Of a stretch of DNA of 63,930 bases, positions 39,433 to 53,133 are shown in pieces; position 1 is the stretch's first letter, and the number at the start of each line of letters is the position of its first letter. A program made the position numbers and the translations under genes. Below the pieces are notes generated by a model. It was not told where the DNA came from, did no database searches, and saw only the letters and a program-made list of their open reading frames with translations. The stretch spans positions 17,513,359 to 17,577,288 of the forward strand of contig NC_068988.1 of NCBI RefSeq assembly GCF_001194135.2, read 5' to 3'. The stretch comes from Octopus bimaculoides. Taxonomy: Eukaryota.

Positions 39433-41036
39433 ATGTATGTATGTATATATATATATATGGGCGTTTGTATTGTTCTAATCTCCACACACCCATTATTTTC
39501 GACAAATGCGTGTGCTAATTACAATTATTTGCTCGAGATGATTGTTATATTCTTATGAATATTTGCAAATTATGGCTAACATCATTCATTTGGATGTTAC
39601 CATGACAATGGAAATACAACATTGACATTAAATGGTATATATTACACCCAAATGAATGTAATAAAGTAAAGAAGCCATGTAAACATGACAACAAATCCAA
39701 ATAATTCGGTTTTAATTTATCGCTTTCTAATTTCGAGAGCGTAATACTCTTACTTTAATAGACTGTTGATATTTGTTTACCTTCCATATTTCCTGTCCAC
39801 CATTTCATTTGAATGATTATTTATATTCGTAGTAGTATTTTCTTTCATTATCAGCCACGAGTAAATATTGTAATAGTAAACGCTTTATGATTTTTATGCA
39901 GTATCTCCCATTAAAATTGTTGATGTTAACAATAGCATTCGATCTCATCATAACAACAACAACAACAATAACAACGAAAAAGAATATCCTTAAGAGAGAA
40001 TTTTTCCTCTAGTTATGTTAACATTTATAGAGAAAACGGTTGTCCAGAGACGCCATCAACTAAGAGTGTCTTATATATTATTGATTTTTAAATTAATTCC
40101 ACGTATTGGCTCCTTAGTGACCGAGATACTTAGCTTAGCTTCTATCGGTTATTTTTCCATTTACAGAATAAATGAATTATAAAAGGGGAGACATGGCTGG
40201 GGATGTAAATGCATTATGATTTTTTTTTTTTTTTGTTATTGTTAAATTTCTATCCAATCTGATTTCCTCGAAAAGAGGATGTAGAATACGCTAAGCAACT
40301 TTTAGTAGTTTATACTTTTTGCTAATAGGAAAATAAAAATGTTAAACTGTACGTTCGATTACGAAAATGGTCATGGTGGTTGTCTGTGCATTAATCTCTC
40401 CCATGTTAGAAAATATCTCTCGTAAAATGTTATCCAGAAAGATGCAATATGTGAATGAATATAATTCATTCATGTTGTTTCCTAAGTGCTTTGGTAGCGC
40501 AAAGCAAGCAAAATGGCTTCAAATGCAATCGACACACAAACCTGGAATCCGTTCTTTGATTGTTTATTTATTTCCTGAAAGAACACGAGAGAAATTTTTC
40601 CAAAATAGGGATAACTTTAATAGGAAACATTTTTTTTGTCTGAGCTTTAGTATCACAGGTTTAACTACTTTCTTACCTCCTTATGTGTGGGCAAGTAGAT
40701 TTTAGAGACGACTGGCGTTTTATCCGTGATTGTAAAATACACAAATCCACTTCATTGAGCTCATGATTTTATTATCGATGCAGTTAGACGCGGACCTGAC
40801 GGCCGAAATTTAAACTAAGATGACAGATGTGAAAACCAATACAGTGAAACATTTTATCCAATAAACTAACAAAACTGCCAATTAAATGCCTTAGGAAATA
40901 TTTGAACATATGAATAATCTGAATATGAATTATTTAGATCATTCATAGGAACAGCAAATCCTAGGGCTAAAATCATCCAGATTTTTGTCTCAGGTGCAAG
41001 AGCATGTTTTATAAGGCAGCATAGGATTCTGAATGA

Positions 41037-41223
41037 TCTTTTCTACTCTAAGTACGAGGTCCGAAATTTTTGGCATGGGACCAGTCGATTAGATCGACCC
41101 AGTACGCAACTGGTACTTAATTTATCGACCTTGAAGGGATGAAAGGCAAAAGTCGATCTCGACAGAATTCGAGCTCAGAACGTAGACAGACGGAATAAAC
41201 TTTTCTGCCAGCTCACCGCCTTA
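41037..41223 (-). mobile_element. SINE family B
   Basis: Reverse complement of B, with a ~30-bp head deletion. Confidence 0.9.
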
Positions 41224-41315
41224 TATTCAGTATATATTATTAATAATAATAATTGTATTTTTATACACGTTTATTCAAGTCATAAGAATATTGTATGGCA
41301 TTAACGCTATTCTCT

Positions 41316-41527
41316 TAAGGTGGCGAGCTGGCAGAAACGTTTGCACGCCGGGCGAAATGCTTAGTGGTATGTCGTTACATTCTGAGTTCAAATTCCACCG
41401 AGGTCGACTTTGCCTTTCATCCTTTCGGGGTCGATAAATTAAGTACCAGTTGCGCACTGGGTCGATATAATTGACTGGTCCCCTCCCCCAAAATTTCGGG
41501 CCTTATACCTAGAGTAGAAAAGATTAA
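41316..41527 (+). mobile_element. SINE family B, young full-length copy
   Basis: AAGGTGGCGAGCTGGCAGAAACG..GAGTTCAAATTCC..CCTAGAGTAGAAAAGATT. Confidence 0.92.
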
Positions 41528-41816
41528 CGATGTTCCCTTCTGCTAAATGCATTGCAAAAGAAATGGAACGTAACATTTAAAAGACATTCCAAACGCAAAC
41601 CTTAATTGGAGATAATTTGTATTAATCTTAAAATATATATACTCCAGTAAACACATTATATACACATGAAAAAGTCTTTAGCATGTGTGTCTGTTTGTTT
41701 TGGGTGTGTGGGTGTATGTTTTGGGTGTATGTGGTTGCGTATTTACTCATATACATATATGTGGTTGTATATATTGATGTATATGTATACATATACATGA
41801 GCACACGAATATGCAT

Positions 41817-41847
<31 letters not shown>

Positions 41848-41848
41848 C

Positions 41849-41879
<31 letters not shown>

Positions 41880-42278
41880 GTGACCATAGTATATTAAAAC
41901 CGAGTTAGGAGATAGATGAATGGCATTTAAGCTAATAAAGCTTCTAATGTGGTGATGCAAATTTGTTCGAGAATATTTTTACTTAAAATAAGCCTCTCGA
42001 GTATATCGCAAGCGTTAAAACAATCACACTGGTTATGATGATTCTAGAATATCAGAAAGCTAGAAAAGGAGTGACAATGCTATACACACATAGCGATTTA
42101 TAAGACGGTATGTCCGATTTTCTTATCCACCAAATTTGACAGTCGTTAACTCTAATGTTTTATCCTGGCAATTCTTTGTTTTACAACATTGAAGAGTAAG
42201 ATCATCACTTATCGAAATGCAATATACGGTGTCTGATTATACTGTGAGTTTTCTCTTGTAAGTCAATTTTGTGTACCC

Positions 42279-42928
42279 ATGGATAAATCAAAAATTCGTG
42301 TGTTTATGCATATGAGTTTCGTCGTGGACTCAATGCATTCCAGACAGCTCGAAACATCAATGATGTTTTTGGTGAAGATATGGCGAATGAGCGCCTGTTT
42401 TGAGAAGTTCTGATCTGGTGACTTTATTCTTGAAAATCAGCCTCGTGATAGACCAGAGATTAAGGTGGAATATGAGAAACTGGAAACTGTAGTGGAAGTA
42501 GGTACATCTTAAACTACGTGTGAGTTAGCAGCAAGGCTTGATGTTTTCATTCCAACTGTATCGGACCATCTGAAACAAATAGGCAAGGTAAAGAAGCTAG
42601 AGAAGTGGGCACCGCACGAACTTTGCTTTCACGACATAAAAGCAAGCCATTTTGCATTGTATTGTTACGTGTGATGACAAATGGATTCGTTTCAGCAATA
42701 GCAAGCGTTCTGTACGGTGGTTGATTAGAGAAGAAATGTTAAAATACAATCCAAAAAAGAATAAACAACTTTTTGCAACGAAAAATCTTCAAATATGAAG
42801 AAGATGCAAAAATAGCCTTTCGTGATTTCCTCACCGCTTGTTCTCCAGAATTCTTCGTTGCTGGAATAAATAAGCTGCCGATAAAATGGAAAAATAGTGT
42901 TGATAATTTAGGTGAATACTTTGATTAA
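42279..42928 (+). mobile_element. Internally deleted mariner transposase remnant
   Basis: MDKSKIR..YEFRRG.NA.QTARNIN.VFGED.ANER..EKF.SGDF.LENQPR.RP (HTH), HLKQIGKVKKLEKWAPHEL (WVPHEL), IVTCDDKW (first catalytic D), then the C-terminus AGINKLP..W...D..G.YFD*. Confidence 0.88.
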
Positions 42929-43480
42929 CTGCTCTGGTTTTTTTTGTTTATTTTTTTTTGAGGTAAACTAAAATAAACTTCCAGTTCAAAATTCCAGTCC
43001 AAAAAATGAGTGCAAATTTATGCGAAATATAATTACATTTCTAAGAGATTTAATGAAGTGAATATGTAAACTTATGAGAATGTTTGATACGTATTATACA
43101 ACAGAAACTAAATAACATAAATACCATCTATTCACAATCTTTATGGGGATATTTAAGAAAATTATTACATATATTTTCAAATATTTCGAAGTTTTTCTCA
43201 GAACAGAGAAAGATTCTTCAGCGGAAGTGTTTTATAAGAAACATAATGAACACCTTCGCACAATTTTAACGGCATTTTTCTTCCGATGTCTACTTCTCGT
43301 TCCATCACTCCCAATAGCAATCTTATCTACCTTCCGATATTAGTTTCTTTTTCTATCGAGTCTTTAGTATCTCTGTATCCCTCTCATTCTCATTCTCTCT
43401 CTCTCTCTCTCTCATTCTCTCTCTCTAATGTGTTTATTATATTACACCTGTCAAGAATTTTTACTTTTACTACTCTGTCG

Positions 43481-43515
<35 letters not shown>

Positions 43516-43974
43516 TGTACATATTTAGATATATATATATATATAAATATAGATATTTAGATCTGTCTATTTGTGTTTGTGTATAACTGTACATGTATGT
43601 AAATAAATATGCATGCATGTGTGTATCAGAAATAAAGTATCAAGTATCCTTGTCTGGCATTAGGCCGAACTATCAGCTGGAATGCTTATATACTTCTCTA
43701 CCTATTTGAAAAGGAAGAAAAAAAAAATGAAGGTTATCATACACGCCCATATCCGCCACATTAATATGTCAACATATATGTATATATAGAAGAAAATTTG
43801 AGGAAAATTAATTAACTTATGTTGGTATTTATTATTTATTATGTGTAAAGGAATCTTCGGCAGATGTTCGTTGTGCGAGCAACGAGATTCTAGTTAATTT
43901 ATTGACTGTGTATCCAAAAACGTTATTTCTAATTGACCACTGGACTATTGTTATTTAATAGCTAGGCGATTTTA

Positions 43975-44110
43975 CGTCCTGAGATCCAATTCCACCAAGG
44001 TCATCACTGATTCTTATTCCACCGAAGTCGATAATATTATGTACTACATACGTATAGCAGTTTATGGGGTCGACTTATTCGTCCACTTTAACTTGCTGGC
44101 GTTTGGAGAA
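43975..44110 (+). mobile_element. Decayed SINE family B core
   Basis: CTGAGATCCAATTCCACCAAGGTC..GAAGTCGATAAT..GGGGTCGAC. Confidence 0.5.
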
Positions 44111-44451
44111 ATAAAATGTTATTTGGTAGTCGGAAGAGATGATAAAATCACGTTTACTTTTCAAAAATGAGAACCGATTCTGAGAGGAACGTTTCTTATA
44201 AGTTTTAATCGCTTACATGTTCCAATGATTGGATTGCAGTTGTACGTCGAACAAATAGGCCCCGCTACTGTTTTTTTTAGTCTGGTAATTATACTATCGG
44301 GCAATTGTGCTGAACCACTAGGGTAAGGTAACATACAATCCAACAGCGACTGGCAAGCATGGACGGAAACTAACAAACCCTCACATTTACACAAACGCTC
44401 ATATGTATATACATTCACACACATAAACACGCATGCATGTATACACACACA

Positions 44452-44496
<45 letters not shown>

Positions 44497-45019
44497 CAAA
44501 AATAAAATATAATCAATGAGAATACAACAAACATACTGAATTTCTAATAAGTTCTCTTGGTAGGGAAATGTATGAAACATTAAAGGTATTTTGACATTTA
44601 ATAAGAGTGATTATATATTATAGTATAAAATAAGAGCAGGAAAATTACATCAAGAAACATCACAGAAGATATACGTCCAAAATAATATTGTATTAATAGA
44701 TAGATGTCTAAATATATAAAGTATGATTATTTAAAAAAGTTTAAAAGTTAAAAATATCTTCTGATCGCTTCATGAATTTATTACTCTTCGAAATGGAATC
44801 TAAAATTCATAATCATTATGAGTTAATACATCCACTCGTCAGAGAGAAAGAGGGTGAAATGCCGTGTAGTCAATCGAATGCTATTTAAAAATATATGGAA
44901 AAGATGTTGTTTAAAAAGTTACTGGCATAGATATGCGTTGGTACACTCTTGTGCTAAAGATTTTGAAGAAATAACATACATCCGTGGTAAAATCCACTGC
45001 AGTAATCCATAACGGCTGT

Positions 45020-45407
45020 GTGTAAATTGTTGGCACTCCATCACTTACGACGTCGAGGGTTCCAGTTGATCCGATCAACGGAATAGCCTGCTCGTGAAAT
45101 TAACGTGCAAATGGCTGAGCACTCCACAAACACGTGTACCCTTAACGTAGTTCTCGGAGAGATTCAGCGTGCCACAGTGTGTCAAGGCTGACCCTTTGAA
45201 TTACAGGCGCAACAGAAACAGGAAGTAAGAGTGAGAGGAAGTTGTGGTGGAAGAGTACAGCAGGGTTCGCCACCATCCCCTGCCTGAGCCTCGTGGAGCT
45301 TTAGGTGTTTTCGCAAAATAAAAACTCACAATGCCCTGTCTCGGAATCGAAACCGCGATCATATGACCACGAGTCCGCTGCCCTAACCACTGGGCCATTG
45401 CGCCTCC
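45020..45407 (-). mobile_element. tRNA-derived SINE family C
   Basis: Head GGAGGCGCAATGGCCCAGTGGTTAGGGCAGCGGACTC..GGTTTCGATTCC with A/B boxes, ~390-bp body. Confidence 0.85.
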
Positions 45408-45429
45408 ACTGTGTGTAAATATAAAGCCC

Positions 45430-45653
45430 ATAATTCTTATTTCTTTGTTGCCCACAAGGGGCTAAACATAGAGGGGACAAACAAGGACAGACAAAGGGAT
45501 TAAGTCGATTACATCGACCCCAGTACGCCACTGGTACTTATTTAATCGACCCCGAAAGGATGAAAGGCAAAGTCGACCTCGGCGGAATTTGAACTCAGAG
45601 CGTAGCAACAGACGAAATACCGCTAAGCATTTCGCCCGGCGTGCTAACGTTTC
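45430..45653 (-). mobile_element. SINE family B, young copy with an alternative 3' tail; head runs into the gap
   Basis: B head and core, tail ..TGTCCCCTCTATGTTTAGCCCCTTGTGGGCAACAAAGAAATAAG. Confidence 0.9.
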
Positions 45654-46699
45654 NNNNNNNNNNAAAGTAGTTTTTGCCTTTTATAGTTGCGTATATCATT
45701 GTTATATTTTATGCAAATATAAAAATAGCCGTTTACTGACCCAATATAGAGTAAAATCATGTAATATTCAAATTATTATATTTAAAATCAGTTTGTTGTA
45801 CCTTAGAACTGTACAGGTTCTAATTTTAAGAAAACATATTTCTGGCATTCATCCAATGGATAATTTACATTATGTGAAATGTGTACATTTAAAATAATTT
45901 AAATTTAATTTTCTTTTTTGCTTACCTGTGACTATCCTACTATTATTATGATACCACTATATGAAAAATAAGAAAAATAAGATATTAATGTGAATCTTTA
46001 CTCGATGATCTCTTACAGTGTTTAAAAGATTTATAAAACTTATGTCTACATGTGGATAATGCACCCGATTGGCAACTAATTAAATTATGTGTACAAAGAC
46101 GGCAGATAGAAGATTTATGAGTATATGGTGTAGCTGAGACAATGATTGACCAGGATAATTAATAGTTAACGTTATTTTTTTGTTTGAGTTTATGTGTATA
46201 TGTAGCCAATGAAGTAGTGGCACTCGTTATATTCGGTTTAAATGAATGTATACGTGGTAAAAATGTTTGTTTAAAGTTAATAGAGCTCCCTGTATATAAT
46301 ATACCATACAGTGTGAGTTAACACTTTGTGTAACAGTGCACTTATATAATACGTTGAACCTTCTGCATTTGCCTTCTAAAGGACATGATTTTTTAAATTT
46401 TTATATCAACAATATTTAGTTGTGTTTCTCGTCTGTGATATAATATTTAATAATATTTTGATTGTTTGTTATGATGTGTGGTGTTGTATTTGAATTTGTT
46501 GTGGAATCATTCAAAATAGAATTAGGTATATTTACTGTTTGTATGTTATTGTTATTAGATTGTGGTAGTGGATTATCTAAAGTATATTGCATGTTTTGAG
46601 TTGTATGATTATTGGAATTTTTCTGAGATTTTGTTACTGTTACAGTATTGCTTTGTATTTTCGTAATGTTATCTATTGACCTAGTATTATGTTGAGTAT

Positions 46700-46830
46700 T
46701 ATTTGTTGTTCTGGGATTTTGGGAATGTCTTACAAATCTTTATTGTGCCACTAATGGATTTGATTTGGAGAATCCGTGTCAGTATCTTTTTGTTCTTACT
46801 CTGTGAAACCGTGTATTCTATGGTTTTGAT
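46700..46830 (-). mobile_element. RLE-type LINE C-terminal remnant
   Basis: Minus strand LQIKSISGTIKICKTF resembles the C-terminus of the 12.3-13.3 kb family. Confidence 0.6.
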
Positions 46831-46924
46831 TCATATTTGTTCGTACATAGCCTAATACAACTATGAGGATAATGTATGTATGTGTGTATGCGAGCGCGTG
46901 CATGTGTGTATACACGATGTGTGT

Positions 46925-47077
46925 CTCCACAGTTTCGTTCTACCAAATTTGCTCACATGGCTTGGTTAACTGGGGGCTGTTGTAGATGACAATTCATTAA
47001 GATAGTGAGCAGTAGGACTGAACCTGAAACCATATAATTGCGAAGTATTCTCTTTAGCCACAAAACAATGCTTGCGC
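46925..47077 (-). mobile_element. Decayed SINE family A, 5' half
   Basis: CAGTTTCGTTCTACCAAATTTGCTCAC..GGACTGAACCTGAAACCAT. Confidence 0.65.
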
Positions 47078-47488
47078 TTATTTTATCTGACAAAAAACAA
47101 TCTTTCGTTTATAATTTAACGTAATGTAGTGACAAACTGTCATGTGACTTTGAATTCATTTTATGAAAAATTGATTTTTGGCTCTTAGTATAATAGCCAA
47201 TCTACGGCTAATGTTGAAAAAATATAGATTTCTAAAAGCCAATCACTATTAAAATAACATTTCAGTTGAAAATCTTTTATTATTCAGAAACACAAGTTTT
47301 TATGAACATATAAAACTAATATCTTTAGAGCTAAGTTACATACGTTTTCCGTTAATGGTAAGATTTACATCTTTCGGCCATTGAATTTAATCAGAGAAGA
47401 ATCTGATTTTTATTTATTTCATATGTTTCGTTTTGTTATTTATGGGGTGCTTGTGCTAGTGTTTAAAACATACGCATTCATACGTGTT

Positions 47489-47519
<31 letters not shown>

Positions 47520-48084
47520 ATGATCATGTGTGTTTGAGCGTATGGCATGTTTTCACATATGTGCATGAGCCTGTAATATTCTTACAAGTAGATGTATTAG
47601 GGAGGTACATATTCCATGTAGGATTTTCTAGTCGAGATTTTGAATGTAGTGGTGATAGTTATGCGTGTTGTGGCAGTTATTCTACTTATGAATATACTCT
47701 GGTTCTTATAAGGGATATACAATATTATGGGTCTCATAGTGTCTATTATAATACTTAGCGATAAAATATGATCAGTGTGACATTTATGGCTAAGGTTCTG
47801 ATAGGGGCCACAAGTGATACAAAGGGAATGTTAAAGAAGCATACTTCTATTATAGTAAGTTATATAAAGATTGCTTCAAGGAAGCACTAAACCCTTCAGC
47901 AACGATATATAATATATATTTTACATTTATTATATTATTAATCAATGATTCAGCTTATTATATCTGAAAGAGAAGTCAGTGTGAGTGTAAGGTTTTGAGA
48001 ACACCTCTTATAAGTTTTATAAAATCAGCTTAAATTAAAACATATAAGCACGCTCACAGACAAACACACACACACACACATATA

Positions 48085-48148
<64 letters not shown>

Positions 48149-48204
48149 GAGTCAGACATATAGAGAGAGAAGTACATAGCTAGCCAGCTAGCTAGGTAGC
48201 AAGG

Positions 48205-48236
<32 letters not shown>

Positions 48237-48237
48237 C

Positions 48238-48272
<35 letters not shown>

Positions 48273-49298
48273 TTGATTGATAATACATACATACATACAT
48301 ACATACATACATACATAGAAACCCACATTCACACATACACAGACATACTGAGACACAGATACGTTTTCGCATATTTCTCTGAGTTTCACTCTTACAATTT
48401 TGATATTCAACTTACCACGTCTTTACATTTTGTCCTTCATTTCTCCCTGCTTATATGGGTGCGAATGTGTGTTGTGTATGTATGTGTGCTTGCATACGTA
48501 TGTGCATTTGAATGTACATATGTATATAATTGCGAGTGCGCCGGTGAATATGTGACTGTATTTGTTTTGTGTATCTACATATATTATGCAATCAGATTTT
48601 TGACTCTACTTAATTATTCATATTCAGTATTACGCAATTAATGCTTAAACAGTCAACTGTTCCAGCAGAAGTTTTAATTAATCAAACAATTTCTTCAGTA
48701 GTAACAAATTAACAGGTGCCGATATACAAACCAGATAACCAGTTATCAAGATTCTTTATAAATAATTTAATGTGTTCAGATGGAAAGTACTTTAGACGAA
48801 GCAGAGCTATTAAATATAATTTGATACAGAATATCGATTGACGATATAACATGATAAAATAAGATATTCATTTTGGAACATCTGGAGGTACTACTGTTAC
48901 GTCCCCATCCACCACCAAAAATAATTAAAAAAACAAACAAACAGTAAAGAAGAATGTTTAAAAAACATTTGATGATTAAAATTATGCAAATGTAACATGT
49001 TAATGTGAGCCTAACCGGACTGAGAACTTAAATTCCAACCCTCAAACTATTTAAATCAGATTTCTTTTAATAACAACACATTCCATCGTTTAATTCAGCA
49101 GCAAACTCTTTCATTTCTTCTTTCTTCTACTTTTTAATTATTGTTACTTTTCCTAATATTAAATTTCTTTTAGTAATATGAGAGAAATAATGACACTGTG
49201 TATTATTTTTTGAAATAATTTCTTTGCTTTATGCACTAAGTTCGAGGAATTGTAAGTGCTATGAAGAAGAATCATTTTTATTATAATAGGATTCCATG

Positions 49299-49364
<66 letters not shown>

Positions 49365-50081
49365 GGTGTGGGGGTGTGTGTGGGTGTGTGTGTGTGTGTG
49401 TGGCTACTGAATAAGTGTCACGTTATTTATATATATATATGTGTGTGTGTGTGTGTGNNNNNNNNNNNNNNNNNNNNNNNNNNNNNNNNNNNNNNNNNNN
49501 NNNNNNNNNNNNNNNNNNNNNNNNNNNNNNNNNNNNNNNNNNNNNNNNNNNNNNNNNNNNNNNNNNNNNNNNNNNNNNNNNNNNNNNNNNNNNNNNNNNN
49601 NNNNNNNNNNNNNNNNNNNNNNNNNNNNNNNNNNNNNNNNNNNNNNNNNNNNNNNNNNNNNNNNNNNNNNNNNNNNNNNNNNNNNNNNNNNNNNNNNNNN
49701 NNNNNNNNNNNNNNNNNNNNNNNNNNNNNNNNNNNNNNNNNNNNNNNNNNNNNNNNNNNNNNNNNNNNNNNNNNNNNNNNNNNNNNNNNNNNNNNNNNNN
49801 NNNNNNNNNNNNNNNNNNNNNNNNNNNNNNNNNNNNNNNNNNNNNNNNNNNNNNNNNNNNNNNNNNNNNNNNNNNNNNNNNNNNNNNNNNNNNNNNNNNN
49901 NNNNNNNNNNNNNNNNNNNNNNNNNNNNNNNNNNNNNNNNNNNNNNNNNNNNNNNNNNNNNNNNNNNNNNNNNNNNNNNNNNNNNNNNNNNNNNNNNNNN
50001 NNNNNNNNNNNNNNNNNNNNNNNNNNNNNNNNNNNNNNNNNNNNNNNNNNNNNNNNNNNNNNNNNNNNNNNNNNNNNNNNN

Positions 50082-50146
<65 letters not shown>

Positions 50147-50819
50147 ATATGCATACATATACATATGTGCCTGCCTCCGTGTACTTCTATGTATGTAGTC
50201 GTGAATAATATATATATATATATATATGTGTGTATGTATGCATAAACATGTAATACAAAACAATATACCTCATATATATGAATGTACATATAGACAAACA
50301 CACACAGGAATATATATGTCAACAGTCGTGTGTCATTAGTTTCTTTCGAAATTTCGTTGGAACGTAAGTAATATTCATATTGATAATTAATAGGGAATAA
50401 TTCTAATCAGAAAGCAGCTTAATCATATGGCATTTCTCAGTGACATTTTGCAGGCTTATCATATTTGGCACATTTCTTCCCTTTAGTTTCATGCAGTCTA
50501 TAGATAATAATCGATATACACTATTTTGAATGCAAGACCGAAGGAAGCAGGAAAAATATGTTATAAGTAAAACTAAATGTAATTTGTGCAGACAACTTCC
50601 ACTCTGGAATTCAAGATGCTACGAACCATATTTTAATATACTTGCATCAGACTGAATAAACACGAATGGACTGTAATTATATTCATTATACCATATATGG
50701 ATGCAAATTGGTGTTTAAACGAAATGAATGAATGTATATACACGTATATGATACTTTGTGCCTGCCTGCGTGTGCTTCTATGTACGTTGTCGTGAGTAAT
50801 ATATACATATGCATATATA

Positions 50820-50893
<74 letters not shown>

Positions 50894-51350
50894 ATACTTT
50901 CAAAACAGATGAGTAATAGTACCTTCGACGTTTCAGCCTGCCAGCCTTCATAGGCCGAAGCTTCGAAATCATTATCACCGCTCTTCTTGTGTAACCGTAA
51001 TAAATATGTAAGCTGCTAGTGCATAGTAATTCCTCAATTTTATGCTTAACTAATTAGATTTTAACTCGGTTTAAAATTAGATTATACACACACACCACGC
51101 TCACAAACACACATGCTTACACGCATACAAACATACAAATATGTGTGTGTATGTATATATATATATATATATCACGTGACCCACGTGACCGACCAGACTA
51201 TCAGATATTTTCACACATCGCTAGTCACAATGCGGTTTTGAAGTGTTTGGGCTTCCGAATGACGCCTCCCTGTCAACATTTCCATCGCTAATAGAAAGGT
51301 GGACTGGAACAACATAACACTAGGACACGCACCTCCCGAATATATATAAA

Positions 51351-52360
51351 CTAGCAAGAAGTACCCGGCGTTGCCTGGGCTAAAGAAAGTAATGAAATTT
51401 AACGCCGTCAAGATTATGCAGGTAACAACTTCTAGTAGCTGAATAACCAACGTTCTATGTAACTCTGCAATCCATACCAACATGGAACATAGACGTTTGT
51501 CTAACTTATTTCGTAACCAGAAAACAGGTACAGATTATAAACAATGAAAGGCCGTGCGTAGAGTACGCACAAATAGACAGTGAATATATCACGTTATTGC
51601 TCCACTTTTATACACACAGATATATATTCACGCATGTCAGTCGAAATGTGAAAGTGTGATAGTGATACTCTAATATTCAATGGTTTTACACTTCTGTATG
51701 ATATGGACCTACTATTCATGTAAATGATTCTTCATATACTGTGTTTTCTTGCCAGGTTTGTCATTGAGAGTGTAGAGATACTTTACATCTCCATCTTTAA
51801 AATATCCAGCATACAGCTGACCGTGTGAGAAGCAAAGTTGAAGGAGGTTAAGTCCCGCCAGATTTAGACATTACAAAGCTTAGTTTGACAGGAAACTGCA
51901 GTCTCTTGAACTGAAATGGGACATCATTTGAAATGAGACGTATCCTTGGAATGAAGACATTCTCACCAATCATGTTGCCAGGATGGAGAAGAGTTTTCTC
52001 AGCTGCATAGGAGACTTGCACATTTGTGCCTTTGTCAGAGTGGCATCCCAGTGTGCATCATCTTCCAGAAGATCTCTGAGATGGGAAGCCTGGCGATATG
52101 TTTGACATACTATGTCATCAAGGCTGTAAATGATGACAGGTCCCTTGACATGGTCCAGTAGAAGCCTTAGATAGTAGCACTCTGAGTAGTTGAGATGGAC
52201 AGCATAGACTCTGCCCAGTGTGTCTGATTTATTGATTCCCAGATGATGTGTGGGTGCTCCAAGTGCACGTCTTTTCAGTTTGTTTTGGTACCAGGTATGG
52301 AATTGTGGAACTTCAATGTATAAAAGTCTTATAGCAAATCCATCATCTTGACAAGGTAAA
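51351..52360 (-). mobile_element. Internally deleted Helitron (Rep-helicase linker fused to PIF1 helicase C-terminus) with intact 3' terminus
   Basis: LLYIEVPQFHTW..LGRVYAVH...ECYYLRLLLDHVKGP..LLEDDAHWD.TL..LRKLFSIL is joined at ~51973 to GENVFIPRI.LI.NDVPFQFKRLQFPVKLSF.MS(INK)S. 3' hairpin CCCAGGCAACGCCGGG followed by CTAG|T at 51351. Confidence 0.9.
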
Positions 52361-53133
52361 GAGTGACTATAAGAGGGATCGAGTTGAGTAGATATAGAGG
52401 CAATTATGCAGATAAACAAATTAGATATGCTAAACGTAACAGTTTGCGTATAAAATATAAAATATGTATATATGTATACATGCAGAACGAGAGAAAGCAA
52501 AACGAAAACTTTCAGATGATGAATGTTTAAATATAAATATATAGATGTTTATATTAATAGATTCAACTTACAGAGCGTACAAATGACAGGAAATTAAAGC
52601 AGTGGAAGAAAGTTTTTATAAGTCCAACAGCTGTTGGGGAGGGGGATCAGAGATCCATCATAATGCTGGTAGATACAGTTCATCACAATATGCGGTCGTA
52701 ATGGAAGCAATCAACATTGGATAAAACGAGCCTCCATCACCAGGGTGGAAAAGACCTTACGTTTCAGATCCTGTTGCGGAGCCCCTTGTGGGCAATACAG
52801 AATTAATATATATATAGGTACTGTAAATTTTAGAGGTGTTACTTGATAAGTGTAAGCACCTGTATATGCCGGATAGTGGCAGAGGTAATATTATATATAT
52901 ATATATATATAATTCTCAGAAAGGGAGTAGAATAAATCCACACTGATTACTCACGAATGAGCGCAGCAGTGTATAACATCTGAGGCGGACAATCACCCAC
53001 ATTTTCTTTGACTCAACCTGTATTTATTTATTCTGAAACAAATATACTATTGATTGATTTTCTACCATTGAATACATGTTCATTGATTATTACCTGACAT
53101 TTACGTAATTATTTTCAAAGTCATTTACAAATA

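Noticed and set aside
50160-50820. ~55-bp diverged direct repeat (50165 and 50757: TGTGCCTGCCT.CGTGT.CTTCTATGTA..GTCGTGA)
   Set aside because: Low-complexity microsatellite-flank duplication with no further structure.
50921-50955. Minus-strand CCTATGAAGGCTGGCAGGCTGAAACGTC hammerhead-like remnant
   Set aside because: Core lacks the G of CUGA and stem II is not complementary; at best a dead PLE-end fragment.
52560-52805. Possible enhancer with perfect palindrome CCAACAGCTGTTGG (52624-52637) upstream of the ratchet point
   Set aside because: The segment ends in a SINE/LINE tail-like sequence (GCCCCTTGTGGGCAATA), so it may be retroelement debris; a single E-box is not informative.
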